Source: Octopus bimaculoides
Lineage: Eukaryota
Assembly (NCBI RefSeq): GCF_001194135.2
Contig: NC_068989.1
Span: 72,034,113 to 72,098,112 of the forward strand
Length of the DNA: 64,000 nucleotides
Direction of reading: 5' to 3'
Position 1 is the first letter of the stretch. Each line of letters begins with the position of its first letter. Shown here in pieces: positions 62,728 through 64,000 of the stretch. A model generated the notes under the pieces. It saw only the letters and a list, made by a program, of their open reading frames with translations. It made no database searches and was not told the origin of the DNA. The translations under genes and the position numbers were made by a program.

Positions 62728-63014
62728 ATAAACTTGAAAAGTTGCAAGACATATTTCCTTGGTGTTCATGCATCATTACACATTTCCAATTATTTCAACC
62801 ACTAGAGCAGCTTGGGACCTATGAAAGGAAAACTTTATATTGCTCTGGACATATAAAACAAGGGTTAACTAAATGACTGAAAACAAGCATGGATGTTTAG
62901 CACAGTCTTATGAAAATGCTTCAGACAGACAAAGAGTCAAATCACATAATCTACTATTTTCAAATAAAAAGGACAAATTGAAAGACATAGTCCTAAAATA
63001 TACTTTGATTGTCT

Positions 63015-63165
63015 CTGAGTGGTTGGTGTTAGGAAGGGCATCCAGCTGTAGAAACTCTGCCAAATCAGACTGGAGCCTGGTGTTGCCATCCGGTTTCACC
63101 AGTCCTCAGTCAAATCGTCCAACCCATGCTAGCATGGAAAGCGGACGTTAAACGATGATGATGAT
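63015..63165 (+). mobile_element. Short retroposon with RTE-type (GAT)n tail (family B); copies at about 6991-7255 (-), 32765-32956 (+), 39941-40156 (-), 43915-44030 (-), 48832-49190 (-, with internal repeated modules)
   Basis: Recurring GGAAGGGCATCCAGCTGTAGAAAC...CCAACCCATGCTAGCATGGAAAGCGGACGTTAAACGATGATGAT; tail resembles the RTE end at 35960-36005. Confidence 0.85.
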
Positions 63166-64000
63166 TGAAAAGAAAGAGGGCAAGGTCATGGCAAGAATGC
63201 TCTTCATTATAGGTTTGCACAATCAAGGCTGACCAAAGATTAAAGAACAGGAATGCTTTAAATGCAGCGGCTAGATTTGTTTTGTTTCAAATATTAAATA
63301 GAATGGTAATTAAATCTTTTGAAATGAAAACCTATTTTAATGTATTAAAAAATTTTTAAATGATATTTCTTAAAAATTATTTGATTAAATTAATCTATGC
63401 AGAACTTGTAGGCTTCTTATATCATCATTCGGGTTGGAATAAATCATTTGAAATTAAAGGAAATTGAATATGATGATAATTGCTATTTACATTATATATA
63501 TTGTATTGAGTAGTGCATTATTATTATTATTTTTGAAACAATAATACAGAATACTATATTGTTAACAATATCTCTGGCCATATGTAGAGAATAAAAAAGA
63601 AAATCCAAACTTATCACTTCTAAATGTCATGGTAACTTTAAAAATGGTTATGAAATCAACAACTTTAGAAATTTAAAAACTAGCATATATTTTCTCTAAA
63701 CCAAAATATAAAGAACACTGTTTTTCTTTCTTTCTTTCATAATTTTCCGTCACTCTATATATCTATGATTGAAGAATAATTGAAATAGTTCATATCAAAT
63801 GAATGATTATTAAATCATATAAAATAAAAAAAAGATATCAAGTACAAATATAGTCTTTTGCTCAATCCGAATACTTTACCGCAAAAATAAAAAAGAAAAA
63901 ATGCAGTTTAAACAAATACTTCTCTTTTAAAGGCCATACATACAAAAAAATCTAATAGCCATATCAAAAACCTGATAAGACAAACGAGTGAAAAGAGTAA

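Overview
AT-rich, microsatellite- and SINE-dense animal genomic DNA with several N gaps. The repeat families suggest a cephalopod, probably Octopus (inference). The window holds the middle of one minus-strand gene, the FHOD1/FHOD3-family formin (Fhos/fhod-1 orthologue). I reconstructed 13 phase-consistent GT-AG exons from 54208 down to 618. They cover the GBD/FH3 region, a charged linker, the FH1 polyproline tract and the start of FH2. The first exon(s) were not found and the rest of FH2 lies below position 1. The introns hold several tRNA-derived SINE families (some in head-to-tail arrays), RTE LINE ends, a probable R4/Dong-clade fragment inside (TAA)n, decayed Tc1 and mariner transposases, and hAT- and piggyBac-like MITEs. 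The most interesting signals are in the 14.7 kb intron at the start of FH2: an in-frame 9-nt microexon candidate (EVV) with typical regulated-microexon architecture, weaker 3/6-nt and 18-nt candidates, and a candidate alternative last exon ending in CSCC. Several long fold-back or inverted elements could also form dsRNA in the pre-mRNA. Splice calls were made by eye and need RNA-seq support.
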